From positions 152-64,151 of the forward strand of contig JBAYES010000004.1 in assembly GCA_041667545.1 (NCBI GenBank): a DNA stretch of 64,000 nucleotides, written 5' to 3'. The stretch is from Candidatus Omnitrophota bacterium. GTDB taxonomy: Bacteria > Omnitrophota > Gorgyraeia > Tantalellales > Tantalellaceae. Position numbers and translations under genes: made by a program. A model generated the notes under the pieces. The model searched no databases and had not been told where the DNA came from. It saw only the letters and a list, made by a program, of their open reading frames with translations. Positions 16,358 to 25,830 of the stretch are shown here, piece after piece (position 1 is the stretch's first letter; every line of letters starts with the position of its first letter).

Positions 16358-18259
16358 TTGCGCATGATAGATTCCCTGAAACTTCTCGTTGATGAAGAGG
16401 CAGACCTTGCCGAGATCACAATTTTTCTTGAGCGGCACGGGTATTCGCGTACAAGGAAAGTTTCCGGAGAAGGCGATTATAGTCTTGTAGGAGAAACCCT
16501 CGTTATTTTCCCGGTAACATTTGAGTATCCTCTACGGATAGATCTCACGGACGGTAAAGTAAGATCCATGAAAAGCGTGGATGCCTTGTCATTCAGGACC
16601 ATAGACGAACATAGGGGTGTTGTAATACTTCCCGTGACCGTGCTAAGGAGATCCTCTCTTAAACGCCTGCCCGTTGAATCCGGAGAAATGCCGATAAGCT
16701 CATTTGTGGACATAGAGCCGGGCGACATGGTAGTACATATCGATCATGGCATAGGCCGATATCTCGGGCTCCAGAGGCTCAGGCGTTCGGGAACGATGAA
16801 AGAGTATCTTGTTCTTGAGTATTCCGGAGGCGACAAACTGTATGTGGAGCAAAAGGATCTCAATAAAGTTCAGAGATATGTTTCGTTCCATAGGCGGGGA
16901 ATTGGGCTCAGTGACCTTAAAGGGAAAAAATGGGACAATGACAAGAAAAGAGCCTCCAAGGCGGCCGAGAACGTAGCGAAAGATCTTCTTGAACTTGCGG
17001 CAAAAAGAGAAAGTTCCCGCGCTTTTGCCTTTAGCACCGATACGGACTGGCAAAAAGAAGTGGAAAATTCCTTTCCTTACAAGGAAACTCCCGACCAGCT
17101 GAAAGCCACATCCGAAGTGAAAAGAGATATGGAGTCGGGAAAACCCATGGACCGCCTTTTATGTGGTGATGTGGGGTACGGAAAGACCGAGGTAGCCTTG
17201 CGCGCGGCCTTTAAGGCCGTTATGGACAATAAACAAGTGGCGTTTCTTGTCCCTACCACCTTTCTCGCGGAACAGCACACCGATACATTCACGCGCCGGC
17301 TAAAGGAATTTCCTCTGAACATACAAATGCTCAACAGGTTCCGTACATTGTCCGAGCAGAAATATGTATTAGGGGCTCTGAAGACCGGAGAGGTAGACAT
17401 AGTCATAGGAACGCATAGGCTGCTTTCGGATGATGTGAATTTTAAGGATCTCGGGCTTTTGATAGTGGACGAGGAGCAGAAATTCGGCGTAAGGCACAAA
17501 GAGAAAATAAAAAAACTGAGAACAAGCATAGATGTGCTGACCATGACCGCTACCCCTATCCCAAGAACGCTTTATCTGGCTCTGATGGGAGGCAAGGACA
17601 TGTCGGTTATCGAAACTCCTCCGCTTGAAAGAATGCCCGTAAGCACTCATGTCATCCAATATGATGAAAATGTCGTGAAAGAGGCCATACGCAGGGAACT
17701 TGACAGGAACGGGCAGATATACTATGTGCACAACAGGGTAGAGACAATAGACCGTGTGGCGGCAAAGGTAAGGAGACTCGCCCCTGACGCTAAGCTTATG
17801 GTGGGGCACGGTCAGATGTCTTCCAAAGCGCTTGAGAAGACAATGATAAAGTTCATAAGATCGGAGGCGGATATATTGGTGTGTACCACCATAATTGAGT
17901 CAGGGATAGATATACCTAATGCGAACACCATGATAATAGACGATGCCGACAGGTTCGGGCTTGCGGAACTTTATCAGCTTAGAGGCCGTATCGGCCGCTT
18001 TGACCGGGAAGCATACGCGTATCTTACGGTGAGGGATCTTTCCTCTCTTACGGGTGAAGTGCAGTCAAGACTGGATGCTATAGTCAAATATCAAAAACTG
18101 GGGTCCGGGTTCAAAATAGCCATGCATGACCTGGAAATGAGAGGCGCGGGGAATATACTGGGAGTTGAACAAAGCGGCTTCATAGACCAGATAGGCTTCG
18201 ACCTTTACTGCCGCCTACTAAGAAACGAGATCAAGAAACAGGGACGGTTCTCAATTTGA
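16358..18259 (+). CDS. mfd: Transcription-repair coupling factor Mfd, short form lacking the UvrB-homology N-terminal module and the C-terminal D7 domain
   Basis: It has the RNAP-interacting CarD/TRCF domain (VHIDHGIGRYLGLQRL…EYLVLEYSGGDKLYVEQKDLNKVQRY), SF2 translocase motifs (GDVGYGKTEVALRAAF, DEEQKFG, QLRGRIGR) and the TRG region. The ORF starts 7 nt after the argS stop, so a UvrB-like D1-D2 module cannot be present. It ends …LLRNEIKKQGRFSI* inside a dispersed repeat. Confidence 0.85.
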   Translation: MRMIDSLKLLVDEEADLAEITIFLERHGYSRTRKVSGEGDYSLVGETLVIFPVTFEYPLRIDLTDGKVRSMKSVDALSFRTIDEHRGVVILPVTVLRRSSLKRLPVESGEMPISSFVDIEPGDMVVHIDHGIGRYLGLQRLRRSGTMKEYLVLEYSGGDKLYVEQKDLNKVQRYVSFHRRGIGLSDLKGKKWDNDKKRASKAAENVAKDLLELAAKRESSRAFAFSTDTDWQKEVENSFPYKETPDQLKATSEVKRDMESGKPMDRLLCGDVGYGKTEVALRAAFKAVMDNKQVAFLVPTTFLAEQHTDTFTRRLKEFPLNIQMLNRFRTLSEQKYVLGALKTGEVDIVIGTHRLLSDDVNFKDLGLLIVDEEQKFGVRHKEKIKKLRTSIDVLTMTATPIPRTLYLALMGGKDMSVIETPPLERMPVSTHVIQYDENVVKEAIRRELDRNGQIYYVHNRVETIDRVAAKVRRLAPDAKLMVGHGQMSSKALEKTMIKFIRSEADILVCTTIIESGIDIPNANTMIIDDADRFGLAELYQLRGRIGRFDREAYAYLTVRDLSSLTGEVQSRLDAIVKYQKLGSGFKIAMHDLEMRGAGNILGVEQSGFIDQIGFDLYCRLLRNEIKKQGRFSI

Positions 18260-18368
18260 ACCTACACCTGTCCCAAATTTAATCCCACACCCGTCCCATG
18301 CTCAAAGCTACATCTGTCCCCAGCTCAAACCTACACCTGTCCTAAATCTAATCCCACACCTGTCCCCA
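18238..18368 (+). repeat. 23-bp-period CCYACACYTGTCCC array (copy 2), beginning inside the mfd 3' end
   Basis: CAGGGACGGTTCTCAATTTGAACCTACACCTGTCCC…; five units. The last 6 codons of mfd (QGRFSI*) are encoded by the repeat leader. Confidence 0.75.
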
Positions 18369-18424
18369 CAGTATTGTCATGCGCGGGTTGACTTGCAGCA
18401 GGAAGGGCATGTGCTGCGCGCTTC

Positions 18425-18585
18425 GCGGTTTAGTCCATAGTCGATAGTCCATAGTCCATAGTTTGGGAACTTGACTTGGGCTTTTGGGCGATAGTCATAG
18501 TTTGGGAACATGACTCAGGGTTTTAGAAAGCAGACTTGTCTTTCAGCACTTTTCTATGGACTATGGACCATCGACTATTGACAGA
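18425..18585 (+). repeat. Cluster of CCATAGT-heptamer/TTTGGGAAC(T/A)TGAC repeats (two direct copies and one inverted)
   Basis: TAGTCCATAGTCGATAGTCCATAGTCCATAGTTTGGGAACTTGAC … ATAGTCATAGTTTGGGAACATGAC … CTATGGACTATGGACCATCGACTATTGAC (reverse-complement copy). Confidence 0.7.
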
Positions 18586-18673
18586 CATCGGAATCAGCTT
18601 GAAGGATTGGGGTTATTCTGATACTATATTGCCTGTCTAAGTATAATAATATTAACGGGGGCGCAGGGAAAAG

Positions 18674-19552
18674 ATGATGGTAATAAATTCAGCCAGGGTC
18701 TTGGGGGTTTTTATAGTTGCGGGGTACTTGCTTTCGGGTTGTGGAAGAACGGCGCCGAATGAAGAAGAAGTACTTGTGTCCATAGGCTCCACACGCATAA
18801 CGGTTAATGATTTTAATGAGCGTGTGGCTAACCTGCCTGAAAGGTACAGGGAGATAGCGCAAAGAAGAAAGGCGGCCTACATTCAGGAACTTATAAACGA
18901 TACCTTGCTTTATCAGGAAGCGTTAAGACAGGGGATAGATAAGGACGCGGATGTGAAAAAGGTAATTGAGGAGGCCAAGAAGAAGATCCTCATTGCCAAA
19001 CTTTTAAGCAGCGAAGTAGAGGCGGTCATCAAAGTGACCGATGACGAAGTTGCAGACTATTACGATGAGAACAAGTTCCGGTATATGACTCCGGAAATAA
19101 TGAGGGCCTCGCATATTTTGCTAAGTACATTTGATGATGCGTCCGAAGTTATAAAGGAACTGAAACAGGGAGAAACCTTTGAAAACGCGGCTCGGGCAAG
19201 ATCTCTGGATCCGACCGCTCAACAAGGCGGTGATATAGGGTATTTCCCCAAGGGGCGCCTTATGCCGGAATTTGAACAGGCGTGCGCGCGTCTTAGTGTA
19301 GGAGAAACGAGCGATGTTGTGAGGACAAGCCTGGGCTTTCACATTATAAAACTTACGGACAGGAGAGCTTCTGTAGAAAAACCGCTTGATGAAGTGAGGG
19401 AAGAGATATCTCGGGGAATATACGATGTTAAAAGACGCAAGAGTTTTAACGATCTTCTTGAAAAATTGAAAAACTCGACTGAAATAGAGGTAAACGAAGA
19501 AGCGCTGTCATCTGAGGCCACGGATAGTGAAATATCAGGTAATAACGATTAG
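18674..19552 (+). CDS. Lipoprotein peptidyl-prolyl cis-trans isomerase (SurA-N chaperone domain plus parvulin)
   Basis: Lipobox LLSGC, followed by a SurA-like N-terminal domain and a parvulin domain (MRASHILL…GGDIGYFPKGRLMPEFEQA…GFHIIKLTDRR). Confidence 0.8.
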   Translation: MMVINSARVLGVFIVAGYLLSGCGRTAPNEEEVLVSIGSTRITVNDFNERVANLPERYREIAQRRKAAYIQELINDTLLYQEALRQGIDKDADVKKVIEEAKKKILIAKLLSSEVEAVIKVTDDEVADYYDENKFRYMTPEIMRASHILLSTFDDASEVIKELKQGETFENAARARSLDPTAQQGGDIGYFPKGRLMPEFEQACARLSVGETSDVVRTSLGFHIIKLTDRRASVEKPLDEVREEISRGIYDVKRRKSFNDLLEKLKNSTEIEVNEEALSSEATDSEISGNND

Positions 19553-19690
19553 GGTTCTGCAAAATGAACTTTTATAACGTCTTTGCGAGGGACAAACGAA
19601 GTGAGTGACGAAACAATCTCAATAAATATAATAGGTTATAAGATTGCTTCGGTCGCTTCGCTCCCTCGCAATGACGAGAAATAGGCATCT
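19553..19690 (+). mobile_element. MITE-like element, family C (TIR CTGCAAAA…TTCGTCATTGCGAGG / CCTCGCAATGACG), copy 1
   Basis: …CTGCAAAATGAACTTTTATAACGTCTTTGCGAGGGACAAACGAAGTGAGTGACGAA…GATTGCTTCGGTCGCTTCGCTCCCTCGCAATGACG… with imperfect terminal inverted repeats, lying between the two PPIase genes. Confidence 0.65.
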
Positions 19691-19727
19691 CGCAGGACTC
19701 TAAATAACGATAAAAACGGAGGATGAT

Positions 19728-20708
19728 ATGTTTATTGAAAAGGGCCAAAAGATCTTGCGGATACTGTTTATTCTGTCTTTTTTGATCGCCTCTCTTGTGC
19801 CTGCGAAAGTTTCCATGTCCGAAGCTTTGGACAGGATAGTTATCGTTGTTAACGATGAAGTTATAACCCAGAGAGAATTTGACAGGGTATTCCTGCCTAT
19901 AAAAAGAAATCTTGAACAAAATTTTCACGGAGCTGAGCTTGAGACCAAGGTAAAAGACGCTGAAACGGGTGTAAAGGACCATCTCATAAACGCCAAGCTC
20001 GCGACCAGTCTTGCCAAGAAAAAGAAGATCTCAATAGACGAAGAGGAACTCTCCCGACGAATAGAGACAATAAAGAGCGCCTATTACGGAAGTGAGCAGG
20101 AATTTCTAATGGCTCTTCGGGAAAGGGGAACCAATCTGACGGAATTCGAAAGGGAAATACGAGAGCAGATGCTCGCGCAGAAGCTTGTTAACGAAGAGGT
20201 GGCCTCCTCAATAGTGGTAACCCCCGGAGAAATAAAGGAACTTTATGATGAGCATGCAGATGAAATGGTAGCTCCGAGGCAGGTTTTGGTGCGAACTATA
20301 GTTATAAAAAAACGGGAAGACAGAAGCGATGAAGAATCCATGCGAAAGATCCGGGATGTCCGCGCAAGAGCTGTAACTGGGGGGGATTTTTCGTCTCTTG
20401 CCATGGAGATGTCGGAAGGCCTTAATGCTGAGGAAGGGGGGTACATGGGATATGTAGCCAAGGGGCAGACAATTCCCGAGATAGACAGCGTTATTTTTGC
20501 GCTCGAGAAGGACAAGATCTCGGAAATAGTCGAAACCCCGGTCGGCTACCATATATTTCTTGTGGATGAAATTCTTGAAGAGAGAATGCTGGAGCTTGCA
20601 GATGTTGACGATTTCCTGAGAGAACAGATATATATGAAAAAGTTCCAGGAGAGTCTGGTCAAATATCTGGAGGAACAAAGGAAGAACGCTTATATTTCCT
20701 ATAAGTGA
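19728..20708 (+). CDS. surA: SurA-like periplasmic chaperone / parvulin PPIase (second paralog)
   Basis: Signal peptide followed by SurA-N and parvulin (RQVLVRTIVIK…GGYMGYVAKGQTIPEIDSVIFALEKDKISEIVETPVGYHIFLV). It lies immediately upstream of pdxA-ksgA, as in the E. coli surA-pdxA-ksgA operon. Confidence 0.8.
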   Translation: MFIEKGQKILRILFILSFLIASLVPAKVSMSEALDRIVIVVNDEVITQREFDRVFLPIKRNLEQNFHGAELETKVKDAETGVKDHLINAKLATSLAKKKKISIDEEELSRRIETIKSAYYGSEQEFLMALRERGTNLTEFEREIREQMLAQKLVNEEVASSIVVTPGEIKELYDEHADEMVAPRQVLVRTIVIKKREDRSDEESMRKIRDVRARAVTGGDFSSLAMEMSEGLNAEEGGYMGYVAKGQTIPEIDSVIFALEKDKISEIVETPVGYHIFLVDEILEERMLELADVDDFLREQIYMKKFQESLVKYLEEQRKNAYISYK

Positions 20709-20754
20709 CATAAGCGGAGGATCCGGTATCGGCCGGGGTAAGGATTAAGAGAGT

Positions 20755-21747
20755 ATGCATGATGTGCATGATGTTTCTGTTCCGGAGATAGTTATAACAA
20801 TGGGGGATCCCTCGGGAATAGGCCCGGAGATCTCCGCTAAAGCCATTAAAGATCTGCTGGCTGTGGAAGATGTTGTCTTTACGGTAGTTGGCGATAAAGA
20901 TGTTCTTTTCAAGGCCTTCACGTCTTATTGTCCGGAAGCATTTTCCCAAGAACGGCAGAGGATAGTTTTTGTTGATGCGGACGGGGTTTCTGACGGAGCT
21001 CTCAGCGGAAGTCCGGAAGATAGAGGGGCTCTGAAAGCGCTAAGGTCCATAGAAAAATCTATAGAAATAATTTCCGATAGAGAGAGCCCCCGAAAAAAAG
21101 CGTTAGTGACCTCTCCGGTAAACAAAGAGAACATAGCTCGTGTTAGGAAAGGCTTTGTGGGGCATACAGAGTTTTTGCAGGAGGCCTTTAATTCGGATTT
21201 TGTTTCTATGGCTTTTGTGGGCGAACATCTGAGGGTGGTGCCGGTAACCCGCCATGTGGCGCTGAAGGATGTTCCCGGATGTTTGACAGAGGAACTTGTC
21301 CTAAGAACGATCGAACAGGTTTTGATGGAGAGGGGAATCATGTCGGATGTTCCCGATCCGATCGTAATAGTTACCGCTCTTAACCCGCATTCCGGAGAGG
21401 GCGGGAAAATGGGGAATGAAGAAAAAGAAATAATAACGCCCGCGATAGATGCGGCTCGCGGGATATATAGGCAAATTGAAGGGCCTGTTCCTTCCGATGT
21501 GGCTTTTTACCGGGCGCTTAAAAGTCCGGGAAGTATTGTTGTCTCGATGTATCACGACCAATGTCTGGGACCTTTTAAAATGCTGGATTTTGACAACGGT
21601 GTGAACCTTACTCTCGGGCTGGGTATAGTAAGGACTTCTCCGGATCATGGAACGGCTTTTGACATAGCCGGAAAGGGAATCGCGCGTCCGGGTTCCATGA
21701 AGCATGCTATAAAATTGGCGATAAAAGCCTTGCGGAGCTCAACGTGA
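20755..21747 (+). CDS. pdxA: 4-hydroxythreonine-4-phosphate dehydrogenase
   Basis: PdxA-family motifs: GDPSGIGPEI, GHTEFL, NPHSGEGG, SPDHGTAFDIAGKG. Confidence 0.9.
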   Translation: MHDVHDVSVPEIVITMGDPSGIGPEISAKAIKDLLAVEDVVFTVVGDKDVLFKAFTSYCPEAFSQERQRIVFVDADGVSDGALSGSPEDRGALKALRSIEKSIEIISDRESPRKKALVTSPVNKENIARVRKGFVGHTEFLQEAFNSDFVSMAFVGEHLRVVPVTRHVALKDVPGCLTEELVLRTIEQVLMERGIMSDVPDPIVIVTALNPHSGEGGKMGNEEKEIITPAIDAARGIYRQIEGPVPSDVAFYRALKSPGSIVVSMYHDQCLGPFKMLDFDNGVNLTLGLGIVRTSPDHGTAFDIAGKGIARPGSMKHAIKLAIKALRSST

Positions 21748-21751
21748 AGCA

Positions 21752-22621
21752 TTGCCCGGGATCTGCATGGATATAGGAAAGATCAAAAAAGAATGTTCGC
21801 TGAGCGGTTTCAGGCCCGACAAGAGGCTTGGACAGAATTTCCTTATAGACGAAAATATCAGGAGAAAAATACTCGCGTCTTTACCTCTGTCCAAGGATAT
21901 ATCTGTTGTGGAAATAGGTCCGGGCTTCGGTATGATGACATGCGAGCTCGCGGATATGGCTAAAAAAGTGTATGCGGTCGAAAAGGACGCGGAACTTTGC
22001 CGTATAATGAAGGACACTTTTGAGAGAAAAGGTAATATCAAGCTTATAGAGTCCGATATTCTGGAAATTGATCTTGCCGAAATAAAAAAAACGGCGAAAG
22101 CCGGGCTTGTTGTCTACGGAAATATCCCGTACAATATAACCGCTCCGATAATAGCGAAAATAATAGAAGCAAGAAAATACGTGACGGCGGCGTACATTGT
22201 TATGCAGGATGAAGTGGCCGAGCGCCTTTGCGCGGCGCCAGGCGGCAAAATATACGGTAACTTAAGTTGTTTTGCTCAATATTACGCACGAACGCGGCGG
22301 ATTTTTAAAATAAGTAAAAACTGTTTTTTCCCTAAACCCAAGGTTGGATCGTGTCTCGTGAGCCTGCATCTTATGGAAAAACCCTCTGTCAGGGTTAAAA
22401 ACGAAGAGGCGATGTTCCGCATAATACGTAAAGCGTTCTCGGAAAGGCGGAAAAAAGTATTGAACCCCCTTTCATCCGGCGATTTTATGGACATGGATAA
22501 GCGCACGTGGGAAAATGTGTTAAAAATTTCCGGGGTCGACCCGACGAAGAGGGCAGAGGATATTTCACTTGCCGAGTACGCGAGGATCTCAGATGAGGCC
22601 GAAAAGGCGCTTGAGGGGTAA
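21752..22621 (+). CDS. rsmA: 16S rRNA (adenine1518/1519-N6)-dimethyltransferase RsmA/KsgA
   Basis: LGQNFLIDENI… and a SAM-binding EIGPGFGMMT motif. The true start may be the ATG at 21767 (MDIGKIKK…). Confidence 0.9.
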   Translation: MPGICMDIGKIKKECSLSGFRPDKRLGQNFLIDENIRRKILASLPLSKDISVVEIGPGFGMMTCELADMAKKVYAVEKDAELCRIMKDTFERKGNIKLIESDILEIDLAEIKKTAKAGLVVYGNIPYNITAPIIAKIIEARKYVTAAYIVMQDEVAERLCAAPGGKIYGNLSCFAQYYARTRRIFKISKNCFFPKPKVGSCLVSLHLMEKPSVRVKNEEAMFRIIRKAFSERRKKVLNPLSSGDFMDMDKRTWENVLKISGVDPTKRAEDISLAEYARISDEAEKALEG

Positions 22622-22629
22622 ATTAACTT

Positions 22630-22947
22630 ATGGATGAACAAAAAGAGAAAAATGTCATAACAGATGAGACAGTGCGGTATGCCGCGAAGCTGGCCCGCAT
22701 ATCTTTGGACGCGAAAGAAGAGGTTCTTTTCCGTGAGCAGCTTTCCGATATTCTCGGGTACATAGAACAGCTGAGGGAGGTAGATACGGAGGGAGTGCTT
22801 CCTACTACCCATGTTCTTCCCTCGATGAAAAATGTTTTCAGGGAAGATATCGCAGCTTTTTCTATCAGCACGGAGGACGCTCTTTTAAACGCGCCAGATA
22901 GAACGGAAAATTTTTTCAAGGTTCCTAAAATAATAAAAGACAGGTAA
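22630..22947 (+). CDS. gatC: Asp/Glu-tRNA(Asn/Gln) amidotransferase subunit C
   Basis: About 100 aa (…VRYAAKLARISLDAKEEVLFREQLSDILGYIEQLREVDTEGVLPTTHV…), directly followed by gatA and gatB. Confidence 0.9.
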   Translation: MDEQKEKNVITDETVRYAAKLARISLDAKEEVLFREQLSDILGYIEQLREVDTEGVLPTTHVLPSMKNVFREDIAAFSISTEDALLNAPDRTENFFKVPKIIKDR

Positions 22948-22948
22948 T

Positions 22949-24394
22949 ATGAGGGACGAGCTCTCCTGTATAGATGTCTGCCGTAAATGGCTCGAGGAAA
23001 AACCTGAGATATCTTCAAGGTTTGTCAGAGATCTTTTGGCGCATATAAAGAGGATCGACCAGGATATAAAGGCTTTCGCTTTCATCGATGAACGCCGAGT
23101 AACGGAAAGGGCGGCCAAGATCGAAAAACTGCCCCGCGACAAAGAACTCCGGGGAGTCCCTGTCGGGATAAAGAACAATATATGCATCAAGGGATCTCTT
23201 ACAACCTGTTGTTCCCGCATGCTTGAAACTTTCCGACCCGTTTACGATGCTCATGTTATTGAAAAGCTTTATTCCGAGGGAGCGCTTGTCATTGAAGGTC
23301 TTAATATGGACGAGTTCGCGTTCGGGTCTTCCTGCGAAACTTCATGTTATGGGCCTACAAGGAATCCAATAGATACCTCAAGGATCCCGGGCGGGTCCAG
23401 CGGGGGCGCCGCGGCAGCCGTCCGGGCGGGTGAAGTAGCGGCTTCCATCGGTTCCGATACCGGAGGATCCATCAGGCAGCCGGCTTCGATGTGCGGAGTG
23501 GTGGGGCTGAAGCCCACATATGGCCGGGTTTCACGATACGGGCTTATTGCTTTTGCTTCCAGCCTTGATCAGATAGGACCCATAACAAGGAATGTCGCGG
23601 ATTCGGCGCTTATGCTTGAGGTGCTGTCGGGTTACGATAAAAGGGATTCCACTTCTGTTAAAATAGATGTCCCCAAATATACCGAGAGCCTGGGAAAAGA
23701 TATAAAAGGCGTCCGAATAGGAGTACCTCGGGAATATTTTCTCGAAGGGATATCAAGCGGAGTGAGGCGGCGAGTTGAAGAGGCGATCGATGTTTTAAGG
23801 GAGCTTGGCGCTGAGATAAAAGATGTTTCCCTTCCTCACACAAAATACGCGGTAAGCTGTTATTACATAATCGCTCCCGCGGAAGCAAGCTCCAATCTCG
23901 CCAGATACGACGGCGCGCAGTACGGATACAGGGCTAAAAACCCCGCTGATATGACAGATATGTACATATCTTCCCGTAACGAGGCGTTCGGGGAGGAAGT
24001 CAAAAGACGGATACTTCTGGGGACATATTCCCTTAGCAGCGGATATTACGGAGAATATTATCTGAAGGCGCAGAAAGTAAGAACACGCATATCGGAAGAT
24101 TTTCATTCGGCGTTCAAGCAATGTGATTGTCTTGTGACGCCTACCTCCCCGACCACGGCTTTCGGGATAGGGGAGAAGACCATGTCTCCTATTGAGATGT
24201 ATCTGTCAGATATCTTTACCATACCCGCGAACCTGGCGGGAATACCAGCAATGTCGGTGCCATGCGGCATCGCGGAAAACGATATGCCGGTGGGTCTGCA
24301 GATTATGGCCGGGCCGTTCAGGGAAGAAGTCCTGATGAAAGTTGCCCATGCATTCGAACGATCTTCGGGTCATGAAGAGAAATTAAGGGTATAG
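22949..24394 (+). CDS. gatA: Glutamyl-tRNA(Gln) amidotransferase subunit A
   Basis: Amidase signature GGSSGGAAAAVRAGEVAASIGSDTGGSIRQPAS; 481 aa. Confidence 0.95.
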   Translation: MRDELSCIDVCRKWLEEKPEISSRFVRDLLAHIKRIDQDIKAFAFIDERRVTERAAKIEKLPRDKELRGVPVGIKNNICIKGSLTTCCSRMLETFRPVYDAHVIEKLYSEGALVIEGLNMDEFAFGSSCETSCYGPTRNPIDTSRIPGGSSGGAAAAVRAGEVAASIGSDTGGSIRQPASMCGVVGLKPTYGRVSRYGLIAFASSLDQIGPITRNVADSALMLEVLSGYDKRDSTSVKIDVPKYTESLGKDIKGVRIGVPREYFLEGISSGVRRRVEEAIDVLRELGAEIKDVSLPHTKYAVSCYYIIAPAEASSNLARYDGAQYGYRAKNPADMTDMYISSRNEAFGEEVKRRILLGTYSLSSGYYGEYYLKAQKVRTRISEDFHSAFKQCDCLVTPTSPTTAFGIGEKTMSPIEMYLSDIFTIPANLAGIPAMSVPCGIAENDMPVGLQIMAGPFREEVLMKVAHAFERSSGHEEKLRV

Positions 24395-24396
24395 AG

Positions 24397-25830
24397 ATGG
24401 CTGAATACGACACTGTTATAGGGCTTGAGACCCATGTACAGCTTTCTACGGAAACCAAGGTTTTCTGCGGATGCCGGAATGTTTTCGGAGAAAAACCGAA
24501 TTCCTGCGTATGTCCGGTATGCCTTGGGCATCCCGGAACTTTGCCGGTACTGAATAAAAAGGCCTTTGAGCACGCTATCAAGGTCGCTCTGGCTCTCGAC
24601 TGCAGCGTTCAAAGAGTAATTAAGTTTGACAGGAAGAACTATTATTATCCGGACCTCCCGAAAAATTACCAGATCAGCCAATATGACATGCCCATAGCCT
24701 ATAACGGGATTGTGTCGATAAGAGACGGCGAGGGAAACACTAAAAACATCGGAGTAACCCGTGCTCATCTTGAAGAGGATGCCGGCAAGCTGATACACGA
24801 TACGGGTGGATCTTTCAGTTATGTGGATCTCAATCGTACAGGGACCCCGCTTTTGGAAATAGTTTCGGAGCCGGAAATGAACTCTCCGGATGAGGCTTAC
24901 ATGTACCTTGTCGAGCTTAAACGGATAGTTAAATATCTTGGTGTCTCGGATTGCAACATGGAAGAAGGAAGTTTGCGATGTGACGCGAATATTTCGCTAA
25001 AACCAGGCGGAGCGGAAGAACTTGGAAGCAAGGTGGAAATAAAGAACCTGAATTCCTTTAAAGCTGTCAGGGAAGCGATTGTCTATGAAGTTCTGCGGCA
25101 GAAAGAGATCCTGGACGATGCTGGTCGGATAGCGCAGGAAACGCGGTTATGGGACGAAAAAAAAGGCATTACGGTCTCTATGCGGTCCAAAGAAGAAGCT
25201 CAGGATTACCGATATTTCCCGGAGCCGGACCTGGTGCCTTTTGAAGTGGAAGAAAGTTTAATAAATTCCATAAAGAAAGATCTTCCGGAACTGGCATCGG
25301 CAAAAAGTGAAAGGTTCAGAAGGGAATACGGCCTCCCTGAAAAAGATCTGGAGATCCTGATCTCAGAACGGGAGACAGCTGATTTTTTTGAGGATACCGT
25401 AAAGATATATCCCGCCTTCCAGCATGTATCTAACTGGATAAAGGGGGAGATGCTGATGCACGTCAAAGAGAAAGGAAAAGACATAAATTCCCTGGGGGTT
25501 TCTCCGGAAGAGTTCGCGGAGATAATAGAAATGTCCGTTTCCGGGCGTATAAGCGCTCTTTCCGCCAAGGAAGTCCTTAAAAAGACCATTGAAACAGGCG
25601 AGAAACCCTCAAGTATCGTTGAAAAAGGTTCCATGGAACAGCTTTCCGACACCGGGATGCTTGAAGACATTGTTACCCGTGTCGTGTCTGAAAATAAGAA
25701 GAGCGTAAACGATTACAGGTCTGGGAAAGAAGCGGCTTTAAGCTTTTTGGTAGGGCAGGTAATGAGATCGTCAAAAGGAAAGGCAAACCCAAAAGTGGCA
25801 GGGGAAATGCTGCGGAAGAGGATATTATGA
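24397..25830 (+). CDS. gatB: Asp/Glu-tRNA amidotransferase subunit B
   Basis: MAEYDTVIGLETHVQLSTETKVFCGC… N-terminus and a C-terminal YqeY-like domain; 477 aa. Confidence 0.95.
   Translation: MAEYDTVIGLETHVQLSTETKVFCGCRNVFGEKPNSCVCPVCLGHPGTLPVLNKKAFEHAIKVALALDCSVQRVIKFDRKNYYYPDLPKNYQISQYDMPIAYNGIVSIRDGEGNTKNIGVTRAHLEEDAGKLIHDTGGSFSYVDLNRTGTPLLEIVSEPEMNSPDEAYMYLVELKRIVKYLGVSDCNMEEGSLRCDANISLKPGGAEELGSKVEIKNLNSFKAVREAIVYEVLRQKEILDDAGRIAQETRLWDEKKGITVSMRSKEEAQDYRYFPEPDLVPFEVEESLINSIKKDLPELASAKSERFRREYGLPEKDLEILISERETADFFEDTVKIYPAFQHVSNWIKGEMLMHVKEKGKDINSLGVSPEEFAEIIEMSVSGRISALSAKEVLKKTIETGEKPSSIVEKGSMEQLSDTGMLEDIVTRVVSENKKSVNDYRSGKEAALSFLVGQVMRSSKGKANPKVAGEMLRKRIL

Noticed and set aside
19572-19982. 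136-aa minus-strand ORF (and 40828-41022 on the minus strand), encoding …RHCEGAKRPKQS…
   Set aside because: The conserved peptide is simply the translation of the family C MITE TIR/core. The ORFs overlap real plus-strand genes or intergenic repeats, so they are spurious.
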